Shown here: positions 8,832 to 19,138 of the stretch, in pieces | How positions within the stretch are numbered: position 1 is the first letter of the stretch | Layout of the letters: every line of letters starts with the position of its first letter | NCBI GenBank assembly: GCA_943356415.1 | Contig: CALREW010000001.1 | Span: 223,900 to 287,899 of the forward strand | Direction: 5' to 3' | From: Candidatus Nomurabacteria bacterium | GTDB taxonomy: Bacteria > Patescibacteriota > Minisyncoccia > Phycocordibacterales > SBAW01 | Length of the DNA: 64,000 nt | Position numbers and translations under genes: made by a program | Notes under the pieces: generated by a model | The model's input: only the letters and a program-made list of their open reading frames with translations | What the model was told of the DNA's origin: nothing | The model's database searches: none

Positions 8832-9221
8832 TCAGGCTTCGCCGGCGATGCGATCGAGCGTGCCGAGCGCGGTGACCGTGGTGCGATCGCCCTTGCAGTC
8901 GCAGGCCAGCTCATGGACGTCGCCCTCGGTGAGGTGCGCCGCATCCATCGTGTCGCCGATCGTGTTCGGCACATCCTTGACGGCGCCCAACGCGTGCGCG
9001 GCCATCGCGACCGACTCGAGCGCCGAGCCACGCACCGGAAGAGCACGCAGTTCATCGAGCTCCAGCGTCTCGCCGAGGCTGATGGACTTCAGCTTGCTGA
9101 ACCCCGGGAACTTGATCCGGATGGCAGCGGCAGCCGCAGCGGCGATTTCCTGCTTCGTGACTTCCTTCGGGATGAAGCTGGTAGCGCCGGCCAGCGGCCG
9201 GGTAGCGAGTTTGGTCGTCAT
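8832..9221 (-). CDS. hypothetical protein (130 aa, G+C-rich)
   Basis: ATG 6 nt after AGGAGA. The longer ORF (to 9437) runs into AT-rich DNA and is less likely. No family recognised. Confidence 0.4.
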   Translation of the reverse strand: MTTKLATRPLAGATSFIPKEVTKQEIAAAAAAAIRIKFPGFSKLKSISLGETLELDELRALPVRGSALESVAMAAHALGAVKDVPNTIGDTMDAAHLTEGDVHELACDCKGDRTTVTALGTLDRIAGEA

Positions 9222-9372
9222 GACGGGTCTCCTCGAGTTGGTCAGGATAGGGGGAATCCCCACCTGCCATAGACGACTGGGCGCACTTTCGAACGTGTAC
9301 TCGCCCAATCCACTATTAATGCTAGCACCGACTATTTTACAGGCAAGCCTTAGCCTGTGCTGAACACACACC

Positions 9373-10005
9373 TTGCGGCATACTACGTTTGTGAACGAAT
9401 TCACAAAAAGAGAACTCGCCACTCTCAAACGTCTCAATACCCCTGCAAAAATCCAGGATTACCTCAACGCACTTGCCTTTAATTTTGAAAAGCGCGGAGA
9501 CACGCTGATGTCGCCGCGAAAAGTTCTCGAAAAGAAAGCGGCACATTGTTTTGAAGGGGCACTCTTTGCAGCAGCAACATTGTGGGTGAACGGCCACAAA
9601 CCACTACTCCTCGACCTTGTTCCTGATATGAAAAAAGATGATGCACATGTTGTTACTCTCTATAAAGTAAACGGGTATTGGGGGGCGATCTCAAAAACCA
9701 ACCACGCAGTACTTCGTTTCCGTGACCCCATCTACAAAACAGTGCGCGAACTCGCCCTCTCCTACTTTCACGAATACTTCCTCAATACCACGGGCGAGAA
9801 AACGTTGAAGACTTTTGCTGGTCCCATCGACATGAGTCGCTTTGGAACAGCATGGCTCACCGATGAGGACGATTTGATGTATCTGCACAAGAAATTCGAC
9901 CGTCTCCCCCACACCTCATTTGTGCCGACAAAAAATAAAAAACTGCTGCGTAAAGCCGACAATGTTGAACGTAAGGCTGGTTTAATTGTGGAACAAAAAA
10001 GATAG
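9373..10005 (+). CDS. hypothetical protein with a possible transglutaminase-like Cys/His/Asp core
   Basis: AHCFEGALFAAATL then DDAHVVTLY...GYWGAI resembles the papain/transglutaminase-like fold. TTG start; weak call. Confidence 0.4.
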   Translation: MRHTTFVNEFTKRELATLKRLNTPAKIQDYLNALAFNFEKRGDTLMSPRKVLEKKAAHCFEGALFAAATLWVNGHKPLLLDLVPDMKKDDAHVVTLYKVNGYWGAISKTNHAVLRFRDPIYKTVRELALSYFHEYFLNTTGEKTLKTFAGPIDMSRFGTAWLTDEDDLMYLHKKFDRLPHTSFVPTKNKKLLRKADNVERKAGLIVEQKR

Positions 10006-10127
10006 AGTTATTTACGTGGTACGCATTTTATAGCTCTGCTATAGTGCCCCTCGGAGAGGCTTGCGTAGGTGGCCTAGGACATAAAACGCGTTCGTGCGTA
10101 ACAACTGGAAACGACTGAGAGGACGTT

Positions 10128-11438
10128 ATGGCAAAGAGAAGATCGTACCGAGTCCTTGTCGTCGGAGGTGACGGCAGGGCGCACGCGCTTTACAAGGCGT
10201 GCGAAATGAGTCCGCTTGCAGGCGAAGTGCTCTGCACTCCTGGCAATGGTGGTATCCGTACCATGAAGCGCCGCGATGTCGGTGTCATGGACTTCGTCGG
10301 ACTCGTCGCGCTGTGCGCGAACGAAGCCATCGACATCGTGGTCGTGAGTCCCGAAGCACCGCTGTGCGGTGACGGCACGATGGGCATCGTCGACTACTTC
10401 AAGGAACATGCACCCGGCGTGATGGTCTTTGGGCCAAGTGCTGGCGCGGCGCGGCTCGAAGGCTCGAAGCGCTTCTGCAAGCAACTGTGCGTCGAGAACC
10501 TCATTCTCACGGCACGCTACGACGAAGTGACCGCGACCGAACAGATCGAGCGAGTTCTCGCGACCCACGGCGTTCCCACCGTCGTCAAGGAAGACGGGCT
10601 CGCCGGCGGCAAAGGCGTTACGGTCGCTATGACGGTCGAAGATGCTCGTGCCGCCGCCATTCGCGGCATTGTGAAGGGGCCGGTCATCATGGAAGACGTG
10701 GTCACTGGTCGCGAAGTGTCGTTCATCTGCCTCAGCGACGGCAAGGACGTTCTCCCGCTGCGACCGGCGCGCGACTATAAACGCGCGTTCGACAACGACA
10801 AGGGTCCGAACACCGGCGGCATGGGTTGCTACAGCCCACTGCCGGAGTACCCGGAAGACGGCCCGGTCTATGCGCAACTGCTCACCATGGCAAATGCCGT
10901 TGCCGATGGCATCGCAGTGGAAGACTTCCCCTTCGTGGGACTTCTCTACGTCGGCGCTATGGTGGACCGCGAAGGCACGCCCTGGCTTCTCGAGGTCAAT
11001 TGCCGCGGCGGCGACCCCGAGACCGAAGTATTGCTCAATGGCTTTAAGGGCGACTTCTTCGAGTACATCGTCGCGTGCTGCGAAGGCACACTCGCGGATA
11101 TGCCGACGCCGCAGTTTGCGGGGGCGTCAGCCTGCGTTGTAGTTGCTTCGGAGGGTTACCCCGAGAAGCCTGCGCCGCACGGCCTCATCTCGCAAGACTG
11201 GCTCGCCCACATGGCGGCTCGCGGCGTCGAGGTGTTCCACGCGGGCACGACCGAAATCGCCGAAGGCGTGAAGCCTACTGGGGGCCGCGTGTTGGTGCTC
11301 TGCGCCAACGCCGCAACACACGAAGAGGCGCGTCACAAGATCTACGACGCCCTCAACTCGATACCACACCCCTTCCCAGGGGCATGGTGGCGCACCGACA
11401 TAGCCAAAGGTGCCGCACAACTCGCGCTCGACTTGTAG
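10128..11438 (+). CDS. purD: phosphoribosylamine--glycine ligase
   Basis: RVLVVGGDGRAHAL N-terminus, ATP-grasp core, length 436 aa. G+C-rich. Confidence 0.85.
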   Translation: MAKRRSYRVLVVGGDGRAHALYKACEMSPLAGEVLCTPGNGGIRTMKRRDVGVMDFVGLVALCANEAIDIVVVSPEAPLCGDGTMGIVDYFKEHAPGVMVFGPSAGAARLEGSKRFCKQLCVENLILTARYDEVTATEQIERVLATHGVPTVVKEDGLAGGKGVTVAMTVEDARAAAIRGIVKGPVIMEDVVTGREVSFICLSDGKDVLPLRPARDYKRAFDNDKGPNTGGMGCYSPLPEYPEDGPVYAQLLTMANAVADGIAVEDFPFVGLLYVGAMVDREGTPWLLEVNCRGGDPETEVLLNGFKGDFFEYIVACCEGTLADMPTPQFAGASACVVVASEGYPEKPAPHGLISQDWLAHMAARGVEVFHAGTTEIAEGVKPTGGRVLVLCANAATHEEARHKIYDALNSIPHPFPGAWWRTDIAKGAAQLALDL

Positions 11439-11467
11439 TCGAAGCGCCAACCCAAACAAGGGCACGG

Positions 11468-11500
11468 CCCTCCTGCGCAAGCGGGAGGGCCGGGTTCTTT
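11468..11500. terminator. bidirectional terminator (purD / glucokinase convergent)
   Basis: ccctcc tgcgcaagc gggaggg followed by a T-tract. Confidence 0.5.
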
Positions 11501-11509
11501 CTACTTCTT

Positions 11510-12385
11510 CTATTTGCTCTTCAGCGCGTACGCGAGTGCGCCGTGCAGTCCTGCGGCATCACCAAGTTTTGCGAGCGCAAACGCAGGCGTGCGCGGCAAA
11601 AAGTTCAAATGCTCGCGCACCATGCGCTCAACGTCACGTATTGGTATTGAATTTTCACCGAGCATGATGGAGCCGCCCATCACCACCACGTCTGGCGACC
11701 AATGCAATATCGTGTTGGTAACACCAACGGCAAGCGTATGTGCTAATTCACCAATAATCTTTGCATCACTTAAATATTTTGGTGCGATATTGAAGCGACG
11801 TTCAATAGCAGAGCCCGATGCAAGCGTTTCTAGTTCTCCCTTTCCTTCCGCATCAAACGTATTCATATCTACCACTTGATGTCCGGGTTCAAACCCAACC
11901 GCTTTCATATCAATACGTCCTTCAACGATACGTGCGCCACCGATACCCGTTGAAACAGTGAGGTATGCAACGATCGGGTGCCCGCGCCCCGCACCGTAGA
12001 CAGCTTCACCAAGACCTGCGAGCGCTGCGTCGTTTTCCAAGCGTATCGGACACATAAACATATCGCGCATTTTCTCGACCAGCGGCTTTTCAGACCACAA
12101 GGGCAAATGGGGGCTCGAATAAAGCGTAGTACCGCCAGAAGCGAGAATGCCTGCAATGCCAACAACCACTAAACGTGGTGATTCGCCGTTAAGTGCACGC
12201 GCTCCCAGCTCACCTGCAAGCTTCATCGCTTGATCAAAGTCCTGAATATTTGGCGCAACAACGGGTTCTTCAAGCGTCACGCCATCGCGACAAACTGCCG
12301 CGCGCATTTTAGTACCACCCATGTCAAAGAGGAGGATGGGTCCAGACGTACTGGGAAGGCGGTTTTTTCTAAGGAATTGCATCAT
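11510..12385 (-). CDS. ROK-family glucokinase
   Basis: ILLFDMGGTKMR N-terminus, LENDA.ALAGLGE, and a Gly-rich ATPase fold. Confidence 0.75.
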   Translation of the reverse strand: MMQFLRKNRLPSTSGPILLFDMGGTKMRAAVCRDGVTLEEPVVAPNIQDFDQAMKLAGELGARALNGESPRLVVVGIAGILASGGTTLYSSPHLPLWSEKPLVEKMRDMFMCPIRLENDAALAGLGEAVYGAGRGHPIVAYLTVSTGIGGARIVEGRIDMKAVGFEPGHQVVDMNTFDAEGKGELETLASGSAIERRFNIAPKYLSDAKIIGELAHTLAVGVTNTILHWSPDVVVMGGSIMLGENSIPIRDVERMVREHLNFLPRTPAFALAKLGDAAGLHGALAYALKSK

Positions 12386-13389
12386 ATGGCGGTCGGTGAA
12401 GATTCAAAGAGTGTTTGCATCCGCTTCCACATGCGTGCATCGTTCTGAACTTCTTTCATGTAGTACCACCATTCTGCACCCCAGAGGTACTGCTCGCTAA
12501 AACCAGTTTGTCTCGCGAATGCAAGTATCTCCTCTATCGTATCAGGACTCATCCGCGCCAACTGTTCATCGCGCGACGCTTGGGCAATCGGCTTGTTGAG
12601 CCACGGCTCAAGTCCAAGTTCGATAAGTAATGATGGCTTTTTGCCGTACAAAAATTCGATAACGTTTTGCTTAATACGGAAAAACCACGGACCAATGGGG
12701 TAACGTATGGATCCAAACGGGTTGTACCACACATAGAGATAAACGCTTGTCCCAAACACGTCTCCTGCCTGCCAAGAGCCGTGCCACTTCCCCATTTCAC
12801 CAGAGTCAGTTACTAAAACTTTTTTGTTGGGCGCAAGCGTGTGCACCAGGTCAACTTCTTTTTTGAGAAATACCGGGTCAAATTCACCGCAGTATTGCGG
12901 GGCAAACTTCAAGTACGGTTCATTCTCGACTTGGAAATACTTCAAGTTGGGTGCGTCTTTGTAGCGCATCACGACTGCCGTGATATATTCGAGCACCTTT
13001 GCATCGCGCTCTTCTTTCGAAAGGTTGAGCGCCCAATCAGGCACGTGACACTCAGGCCACCCTGGTGCACGTCGACCGACCGCAAGTATCACGTCAGCTC
13101 CCTTCATCTCTGCCATCTGTACTTGGTAGTCGAGGTCTGCAAAGCCAAAGACTCCGTTTTTTGGCTCTACCATGGGCCAATGCGCGGAGAGGCGCAGATG
13201 CTCGGGCTTAAGCTCGGTCAAGATACCGTAATACACATCTTTCCAATTGAGACCGAGTTCTTCGGAATGGAGCTTGCTAAAGGAGAGGCCGTACGTGATG
13301 TCTTTTGGTATATCACGATGCGACAGCGCGTACCCTAAAACAAATAAGGTAGCGAGCACGGCGAGGATACTATAAACGGCTTTTCGCAT
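12382..13389 (-). CDS. membrane-anchored glycoside hydrolase (clan GH-A, GH5-like)
   Basis: N-terminal TM anchor; a VENEP acid/base motif and aromatic-rich TIM-barrel segments. The start at 13389 avoids overlap with the upstream gene (ORF opens at 13425). Confidence 0.5.
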   Translation of the reverse strand: MRKAVYSILAVLATLFVLGYALSHRDIPKDITYGLSFSKLHSEELGLNWKDVYYGILTELKPEHLRLSAHWPMVEPKNGVFGFADLDYQVQMAEMKGADVILAVGRRAPGWPECHVPDWALNLSKEERDAKVLEYITAVVMRYKDAPNLKYFQVENEPYLKFAPQYCGEFDPVFLKKEVDLVHTLAPNKKVLVTDSGEMGKWHGSWQAGDVFGTSVYLYVWYNPFGSIRYPIGPWFFRIKQNVIEFLYGKKPSLLIELGLEPWLNKPIAQASRDEQLARMSPDTIEEILAFARQTGFSEQYLWGAEWWYYMKEVQNDARMWKRMQTLFESSPTAI

Positions 13390-13393
13390 GTGA

Positions 13394-14311
13394 TTAGACG
13401 AACAAGAACGCAACGCCGATGACAATGCAGATAACTCCTACAAGCTTGTGCGGAAATTTGTGAGGATGTATCTCGCCGTGAAAGATATCCGGAAATACAT
13501 TGCCGAAAACGTATGCAAACGCTAAGAGAAAGACAAATTGAAGTCCTGAGAGCGCGTTTACGATGGAGACTGAACCAAGTTGTATTGCAAAGAGGACAAG
13601 CGCGAAAGCAACACCCGCAAGTACTTTGTTAAACACCACCACTGACCGCAGGCCTTTCGACGAGCTGTGGTAACCACGATGTATGGCCGCCCACGTACCA
13701 GGGAGTGCGAGTAGCAAAAGTGCCCCGACAACATTGGCCATGCGTGTCCAAAAAAATCCATCAATAAACGACGTCTCGGCAAAAATAAGTTTTATAAGGA
13801 ATGCAGAGAGGCCGAAAAGTGCTCCACCGAGAAGCGCATAGAGAAAAGAGGGCGTCGTAAAACGAAAGTGCGAAATAAAAAGCGTACCAACAACCAAAAA
13901 GATAAAGGCCAGTACGAACGATGCAGGAAGTGGCGTATCAAGCCAGGTGTGTTCAAGGATAAACGCCATAAGCGCTGACGTTCCGCCAACAACCGGTATC
14001 ACGTCCGAGGGATTCGTGAGCTTAAGCGCCGTATAGAGCAATACGATTGAGGCAATATAAGACGCGGCCGTTAACAGTGAGAGCCCGAGCACTACATACG
14101 ATGGTATCGATATATATCCAAACGGAACCAACACCAGCACAAATCCAGACAATAGACTTACGTAAAATGCGTACACCACCGGCTTGCCGATGCCTCCACT
14201 GCGCGCAAGAACGTATTTATCAATAACAACCGTGGCTGCGTTAATAGCCTGTGCCAATACAACGAGACTCACCCATATAGCCATTGTCGATGTGAGGAAT
14301 GTCTCAGGCAT
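13394..14311 (-). CDS. DMT/EamA-like permease
   Basis: About 10 TM helices arranged as two repeated halves; no other motif. Confidence 0.45.
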   Translation of the reverse strand: MPETFLTSTMAIWVSLVVLAQAINAATVVIDKYVLARSGGIGKPVVYAFYVSLLSGFVLVLVPFGYISIPSYVVLGLSLLTAASYIASIVLLYTALKLTNPSDVIPVVGGTSALMAFILEHTWLDTPLPASFVLAFIFLVVGTLFISHFRFTTPSFLYALLGGALFGLSAFLIKLIFAETSFIDGFFWTRMANVVGALLLLALPGTWAAIHRGYHSSSKGLRSVVVFNKVLAGVAFALVLFAIQLGSVSIVNALSGLQFVFLLAFAYVFGNVFPDIFHGEIHPHKFPHKLVGVICIVIGVAFLFV

Positions 14312-14326
14312 GAGAGAAATAACGTA

Positions 14327-15508
14327 CTAAAGTGCGTTCGCGCGTGCGATGGTTTCAAACACGCGAGCAGACGCTCTTACCGTACGAGTAAGCGTAGCAT
14401 AATCTATCGCTACCAAACCAAATCGCGGCCAAAATCCTTCAGCCCATTCGTAATTATCAAGAAGCGACCAGTGTAAATACCCTCGCACATCGGCGCCGTC
14501 AGTTATTGCGCGGTGTACTGCACCAACATATCCGGTGATGTAGGAGGCGCGATGTACATCTTTACTATCGGCAAGTCCGCTTTCCGTTATGTAGATGGGC
14601 ACGTTATACCGAACAAGGCCCACACTCAATCGATAGAGCGACTCGGGGTGTATCTCCCACCCCATGTCTGAGCGAGGAGCGTCTTTGGCTGCACGCTTCC
14701 CAATGGGATGATGAAAATAATGGTTAAGACCAATAAAGTCGTGACATCCTTTGGTCTTTAAAAGAAAGCGGTGATTCCAGAACCAATCCAAAAATCCCGC
14801 CAGATACCGTGCCAATACATTTTCTGCAGGATCAAAATCAATATTATGGGTTGCGATGCCAACTTGTACGTTTGAGTTCGTCGCTTTGATAGCTCGGTAT
14901 GCGGCGACGTGCGCTTTCATAAGTGCCGACAATACACGCAGGTAGGAAATAAGGTTACGCGCAAACGGCGGAAATTTACCTTTTAAGTATCCGTCGCCCG
15001 CAAAAACTTGCGGTTCATTGATGGTCATCCAAAATTCCGCCTCGCTACCTAGTCGATCAACAACAAAGCTGCAGTACCGTGCAAACACTTGCGCGGCACC
15101 TGCATGTAAAAATCCACCTCTTTCTGAGAACCACATCGGCTGCGTAAAGTGCCACAGTGTGACAAACGGAGTTAGTCCGCGCGCTTTTAGTGCACGCAAC
15201 ACTGCGCGGTAGTGCTCAATCTCTTTTTCATCAAACTTCCCTTCTTCAGGTTCGATACGGGACCACTCTATAGAAAAACGGTGTGCGTTGTGGCCAAGAT
15301 CTTTTGCGATATCAAAATCCGATTCAAAGCGACTGTAGTGATCGCATGCACGTCCGCATAGCGGCGCTTTTCCTTGCCGTGCCGCTTCAGCCCAATCGTT
15401 GTTAGAAATACCACCTTCAACTTGGAATGAGGCGGTACTAGCGCCCCACAGAAATCCCTCCGGAAAAGAACGAACTTCTCCTATTTTTTTATTTTCCACT
15501 TCTTCCAT
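14327..15508 (-). CDS. GH1 beta-glucosidase
   Basis: FPEGFLWGASTASFQVEGG, TINEP and ITESG catalytic motifs. Confidence 0.85.
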   Translation of the reverse strand: MEEVENKKIGEVRSFPEGFLWGASTASFQVEGGISNNDWAEAARQGKAPLCGRACDHYSRFESDFDIAKDLGHNAHRFSIEWSRIEPEEGKFDEKEIEHYRAVLRALKARGLTPFVTLWHFTQPMWFSERGGFLHAGAAQVFARYCSFVVDRLGSEAEFWMTINEPQVFAGDGYLKGKFPPFARNLISYLRVLSALMKAHVAAYRAIKATNSNVQVGIATHNIDFDPAENVLARYLAGFLDWFWNHRFLLKTKGCHDFIGLNHYFHHPIGKRAAKDAPRSDMGWEIHPESLYRLSVGLVRYNVPIYITESGLADSKDVHRASYITGYVGAVHRAITDGADVRGYLHWSLLDNYEWAEGFWPRFGLVAIDYATLTRTVRASARVFETIARANAL

Positions 15509-16065
15509 TATCCGATTACAGAAAGACCACCGAGATCTTCTTTTGCGATACTTGTGTAGTTTGAATTCCGCATCAAAGCAGGAACACCATTGTCTTCAAC
15601 AATGTAGTAGGCCATGCCGTGCATCCGACGAATAGGCTCGTAGTCTGCGTGTGGCTTTGATGGATCGTTCGAAGGACTGTCGTCGATGGTTACAAGAAGG
15701 CCTGAACCGGTATTTACCAAAATATGTCCGTAGCCTATGGGCATTTCAAGAACGTCGCCTGCTTTTACGTGTACCACTCTGACATCTTCAAGTGCTTCAT
15801 CCTCCGCGCTCGCGCGTTTCTGGAACAGGGCGATTCCTTCACCTGCAAGTATCCGATACGTCTCTTTAAAGTCCCACGTATGATAGTGACCGAGCGTCTT
15901 TATATACTCACGACCCGCTCGCCCAGGCTCCCAGATAGTGACGTTTCCTTTCTCGGGTCCACCGCGGAGCATGTGATAGAAGGTCTCTGGTGCGGGAGCC
16001 TCCGGCTCAAGGAGTACCTCTTTCATAGCCTCGTGCGTGCGCGTTGAATACGGGTTTGATGTCAT
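15508..16065 (-). CDS. cupin-type glucose-6-phosphate isomerase (archaeal cPGI-like)
   Basis: T-L-G-H-Y-H...E-T-Y metal-binding motif of the cupin PGIs; about 185 aa. Confidence 0.65.
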   Translation of the reverse strand: MTSNPYSTRTHEAMKEVLLEPEAPAPETFYHMLRGGPEKGNVTIWEPGRAGREYIKTLGHYHTWDFKETYRILAGEGIALFQKRASAEDEALEDVRVVHVKAGDVLEMPIGYGHILVNTGSGLLVTIDDSPSNDPSKPHADYEPIRRMHGMAYYIVEDNGVPALMRNSNYTSIAKEDLGGLSVIG

Positions 16066-16076
16066 GGCAGAAATTA

Positions 16077-16107
16077 TACCCCGTGAGATAGGCTATCTCA
16101 TGGGGTA
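16077..16107 (-). promoter_or_regulatory. inverted repeat TACCCCGTGAGATA-ggc-TATCTCATGGGGTA overlapping the cPGI promoter
   Basis: 14-bp arms with one mismatch, 12 nt upstream of the cPGI ATG. On the sense strand the proximal arm runs into TATAAT. Confidence 0.5.
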
Positions 16108-16263
16108 TACGCCATCTACGCGCACGACGGGCATCTGCGCTCGCTCGGCATTGACATATACAAAAGGGTGTAGTACTTTGCCTCTTGCCTACGGGGCATT
16201 TTTTATGACCGTACGTGCTTGGGGAAAGACCCCAAGCTGCACACCACACTGCGAGGAAGCAAC

Positions 16264-16668
16264 GTGACCAATCAGACCCCCGGCACCGCCGGTTCGAAGA
16301 TCGCCGTCATCATCGCCAACATCAACGGCATCAAGGTTCCCACGCACAACAACAAGTCGGGCGCCCGCAAGGCCCTGCTGAGCGCCATCGGCGGCGACAA
16401 TGCCAAGCTGCTCGAGACCTCCACCAAGGTGGAGCTCGGCGAGGTCAAGACCGCCATCGGCGGCCTGCTCAGCAAGATGTACAACACGCCGGCGGCGATC
16501 GTGCGCTCCGGCATCGCCGAGGAGCCCGCGCTCTCGAACTTCCGGAAGTTCGCGATGCTGAAGGACCTCGACTTCGATCTGACCGACGAGCTCGGCTGGA
16601 TCTGGCGGGCGGCCGAGACGCCGCGCAGCGACCGCCTCGGCGACGAGCGCGCCGGCGCTCCCCGCTGA
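16264..16668 (+). CDS. hypothetical protein (134 aa, G+C-rich)
   Basis: GTG with GAGGAAG 6 nt upstream; the alternative TTG at 16219 is in AT-rich DNA. No family recognised. Confidence 0.4.
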   Translation: MTNQTPGTAGSKIAVIIANINGIKVPTHNNKSGARKALLSAIGGDNAKLLETSTKVELGEVKTAIGGLLSKMYNTPAAIVRSGIAEEPALSNFRKFAMLKDLDFDLTDELGWIWRAAETPRSDRLGDERAGAPR

Positions 16669-16749
16669 CCTGCGTCTTCGCCTCAGTGCAAGACGGGAGG
16701 GCCCTCTTCGGAGGGCCCTTTTCAGTTAAAGTGCGCTACACTTTTACCT

Positions 16750-17469
16750 ATGACACTTACCCTTATTACACTCGCAACCGTTCTCTCTACCCTCTTCGGA
16801 GGACTCTTTGCACTTAAGTTTCGCGACAAACTACACCTTATATTAGGTTTTAGCGCAGGCGCTGTTATCGGTGTCGCTTTTTTTGATCTCCTCCCTGAGG
16901 CGCTCGAACTCTCGGCAAGCTCCTATGACACATCAGTAGTAACCGGCATTGTTGCATTGGGTTTTCTTTTCTATATGGTGCTCGACCGCATTGTCACACT
17001 TCATGCGCACGACCATGACGAAGACGGTCACTCACACCGCGGCACCCTCGGCGCAGGTTCGTTCGCACTCCACAGCTTTCTTGACGGCATCGCCATCGGT
17101 CTCGCCTTCCAAGTATCAGCTGCTGTTGGTGTTGTCGTTGCCGTAGCGGTGTTGGTGCACGATTTTTCAGACGGCATTAACACCGTGAGCGCCATATTGC
17201 GAAGCGGCGGCACAAAAGCGCGCGCATTTGGTTGGCTCATTGCCGGTGCCATGGCTCCCGTCCTCGGCGTCATTGCAACCCGTTTCTTTATGCTCAACAC
17301 AGGCACTCTCGGACTGGTACTCGCAAGCTTCTGTGGATTCTTTCTCTATATAGGAGCGTCCGACCTTCTCCCAGAGAGCCACCACCAGCATCCAACATGG
17401 CTAACAAGTGGCATGACCCTCCTTGGCGTAGGGGCACTCTACGTAGCCATCACGCTTACTGGCATATAA
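16750..17469 (+). CDS. ZIP-family metal transporter
   Basis: HDFSDGI..., HHQH, a His-rich loop (HAHDHDEDGHSH) and 8 TM helices. Confidence 0.75.
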   Translation: MTLTLITLATVLSTLFGGLFALKFRDKLHLILGFSAGAVIGVAFFDLLPEALELSASSYDTSVVTGIVALGFLFYMVLDRIVTLHAHDHDEDGHSHRGTLGAGSFALHSFLDGIAIGLAFQVSAAVGVVVAVAVLVHDFSDGINTVSAILRSGGTKARAFGWLIAGAMAPVLGVIATRFFMLNTGTLGLVLASFCGFFLYIGASDLLPESHHQHPTWLTSGMTLLGVGALYVAITLTGI

Positions 17470-17536
17470 AACTTGCACGTTTTTCAAGCGGTGTTTTGAT
17501 AAAGGAAGCAGTATCACGTAGCCGGGGGAACATATT

Positions 17537-17797
17537 ATGTCGCTTCGCCTGCAGCTCAGGGACTACCGTCTCACGACGGCGGAAATCCTGTACTTCATGC
17601 TCGACCACCGTCACCTCCTGCAGACGTACATCTGGCAGGAACTCGACATCGCGCCTCGATTCCCTGTTCTGACGAAATTCCTGGATTTCTGGCAGAACAA
17701 TCTCGATGGCAAGCTCTTCGAGGTGAAGGTCGCAAGCGCCGGGCTCATCCAGCCCGCCGAATTCAAGTATGCGGAGATGCTCCGCACGCTCCACTGA
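17537..17797 (+). CDS. Usg-family protein
   Basis: YRLTTAEILYFMLDH..LLQTYIWQ..D.AP.FP.L..FL.FW...L.G matches the Usg family (PF06233) as recalled from memory. G+C-rich. Confidence 0.5.
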   Translation: MSLRLQLRDYRLTTAEILYFMLDHRHLLQTYIWQELDIAPRFPVLTKFLDFWQNNLDGKLFEVKVASAGLIQPAEFKYAEMLRTLH

Positions 17798-17842
17798 CCA
17801 CTTCCACGCGCCCCCGCAAACTGCTGCGGGGGCGAGGCGCTT

Positions 17843-19060
17843 TTAGGACTGCATTTTCTTCATAACGATAAAAAGGGTCGCCCAAGAACAAACAATAAGG
17901 GTCGAGCCAATAAGAAGCGGCGCTTGTATGCCGAGCACACTTGAACCGACCCCAGCGATAAGCGGCGCGAGTCCTTGCGAGAGCGCTAAGAGCGAGCCGT
18001 TTATGCCGAGCGCTGCTCCCTGCTTTTGTGGAGATACTCCTTTACTCACCAGCGCCGTCATATTTGCCATCGTGAGGCCGTTGCCGATAGCAACAAGCGG
18101 CAACACCATATACATCAAAGCGAGCGTCGGGATAAACGGATAGAGCGCGAGGCCAGAGGCAACCATCAACATCGAGACGCGCAATATTTGCTTCTCATGA
18201 AAACGTCGCGTGAGTAGGCGCAAAATGACCAACTGCGTAAAGACAATAAAAATGCCGGAGGTGGCAAAAAATGTTCCGACTCCGGCTTCAGAGAGGTGGA
18301 ACTTTGCAACAACGAGCACTCCTATAAATGAGGTAAAGAACGAAAAGCCTGCAAGAAAAAGAAAGCTCGTGAGGTATACCAAGCGCGCGTCAACATCGGT
18401 GAGTGCCGCACGGATATTGTGTATGCCTTTGAGCCATGTAAATGCGTGCGCTTCCCTTCTGTTGTGATGCGTTTCTGGCAAAAAAAGCGAAACGGAAATG
18501 ACGTTAAAAATGCCGAGAATACCCGCGACGTAAAATGGAGAAGCCGCGACGCCGGTAAGTGCCGATATCCATCCACCAAGAAGCGGTCCGAGAATAAAAC
18601 CGATCCCAAAAGCTGCACCAATAAGACCAAAATTCTTTGCTCGATCTTTCGGGTCAGTAACATCCGCAATGGTCGCCTGCGCGATGGCAAAGTTTCCACC
18701 AGCAAGCCCTGCAACCATGCGGCTGATAAATATAAGGGCAAGCGAACCTATCGTTATTGAAAAGGCAAACAACAAGTTTGAAAGCGCTAATACGGCAACA
18801 CCTACGGTGAGAAGTTTTTTGCGTCCATACACATCGGAAAGCTCACCAAGTATCGGCGCCGCGATAAATTGCATAAACCCAAAGACCGAAACAATGAGTC
18901 CCGCAAGCAAAAGTTGCATGCTCGTCGAATACCCCTGGAGTAAAAATGCAGGAGACGACGGTTCAGTAAAGAGAACAGGGATGAGAGGAAAAATCATCCC
19001 AAACCCGATCATGTCGATAAGGAGTGTGCCGAAAAGTATTGGTATTGCTCGTTTTGCCAT
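17843..19060 (-). CDS. MFS transporter (drug:H+ antiporter-like)
   Basis: 12 TM helices; the G.LSD..GRK motif between TM2 and TM3. Confidence 0.75.
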   Translation of the reverse strand: MAKRAIPILFGTLLIDMIGFGMIFPLIPVLFTEPSSPAFLLQGYSTSMQLLLAGLIVSVFGFMQFIAAPILGELSDVYGRKKLLTVGVAVLALSNLLFAFSITIGSLALIFISRMVAGLAGGNFAIAQATIADVTDPKDRAKNFGLIGAAFGIGFILGPLLGGWISALTGVAASPFYVAGILGIFNVISVSLFLPETHHNRREAHAFTWLKGIHNIRAALTDVDARLVYLTSFLFLAGFSFFTSFIGVLVVAKFHLSEAGVGTFFATSGIFIVFTQLVILRLLTRRFHEKQILRVSMLMVASGLALYPFIPTLALMYMVLPLVAIGNGLTMANMTALVSKGVSPQKQGAALGINGSLLALSQGLAPLIAGVGSSVLGIQAPLLIGSTLIVCSWATLFIVMKKMQS

Positions 19061-19138
19061 TCGTGCAGTTTAGCAGAAACGTTCGCGGGCCGGCCTCTCG
19101 TGGAGGCCGGCCCGTTTCGAACATGGTTGGTCCGTGGG

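Noticed and set aside
9222-9437. N-terminal 72-aa extension of the 8832-9437 minus-strand ORF
   Set aside because: The extension runs through AT-rich DNA, and an ATG with an AGGAGA SD at 9221 coincides with the composition shift. The shorter 130-aa protein is preferred.
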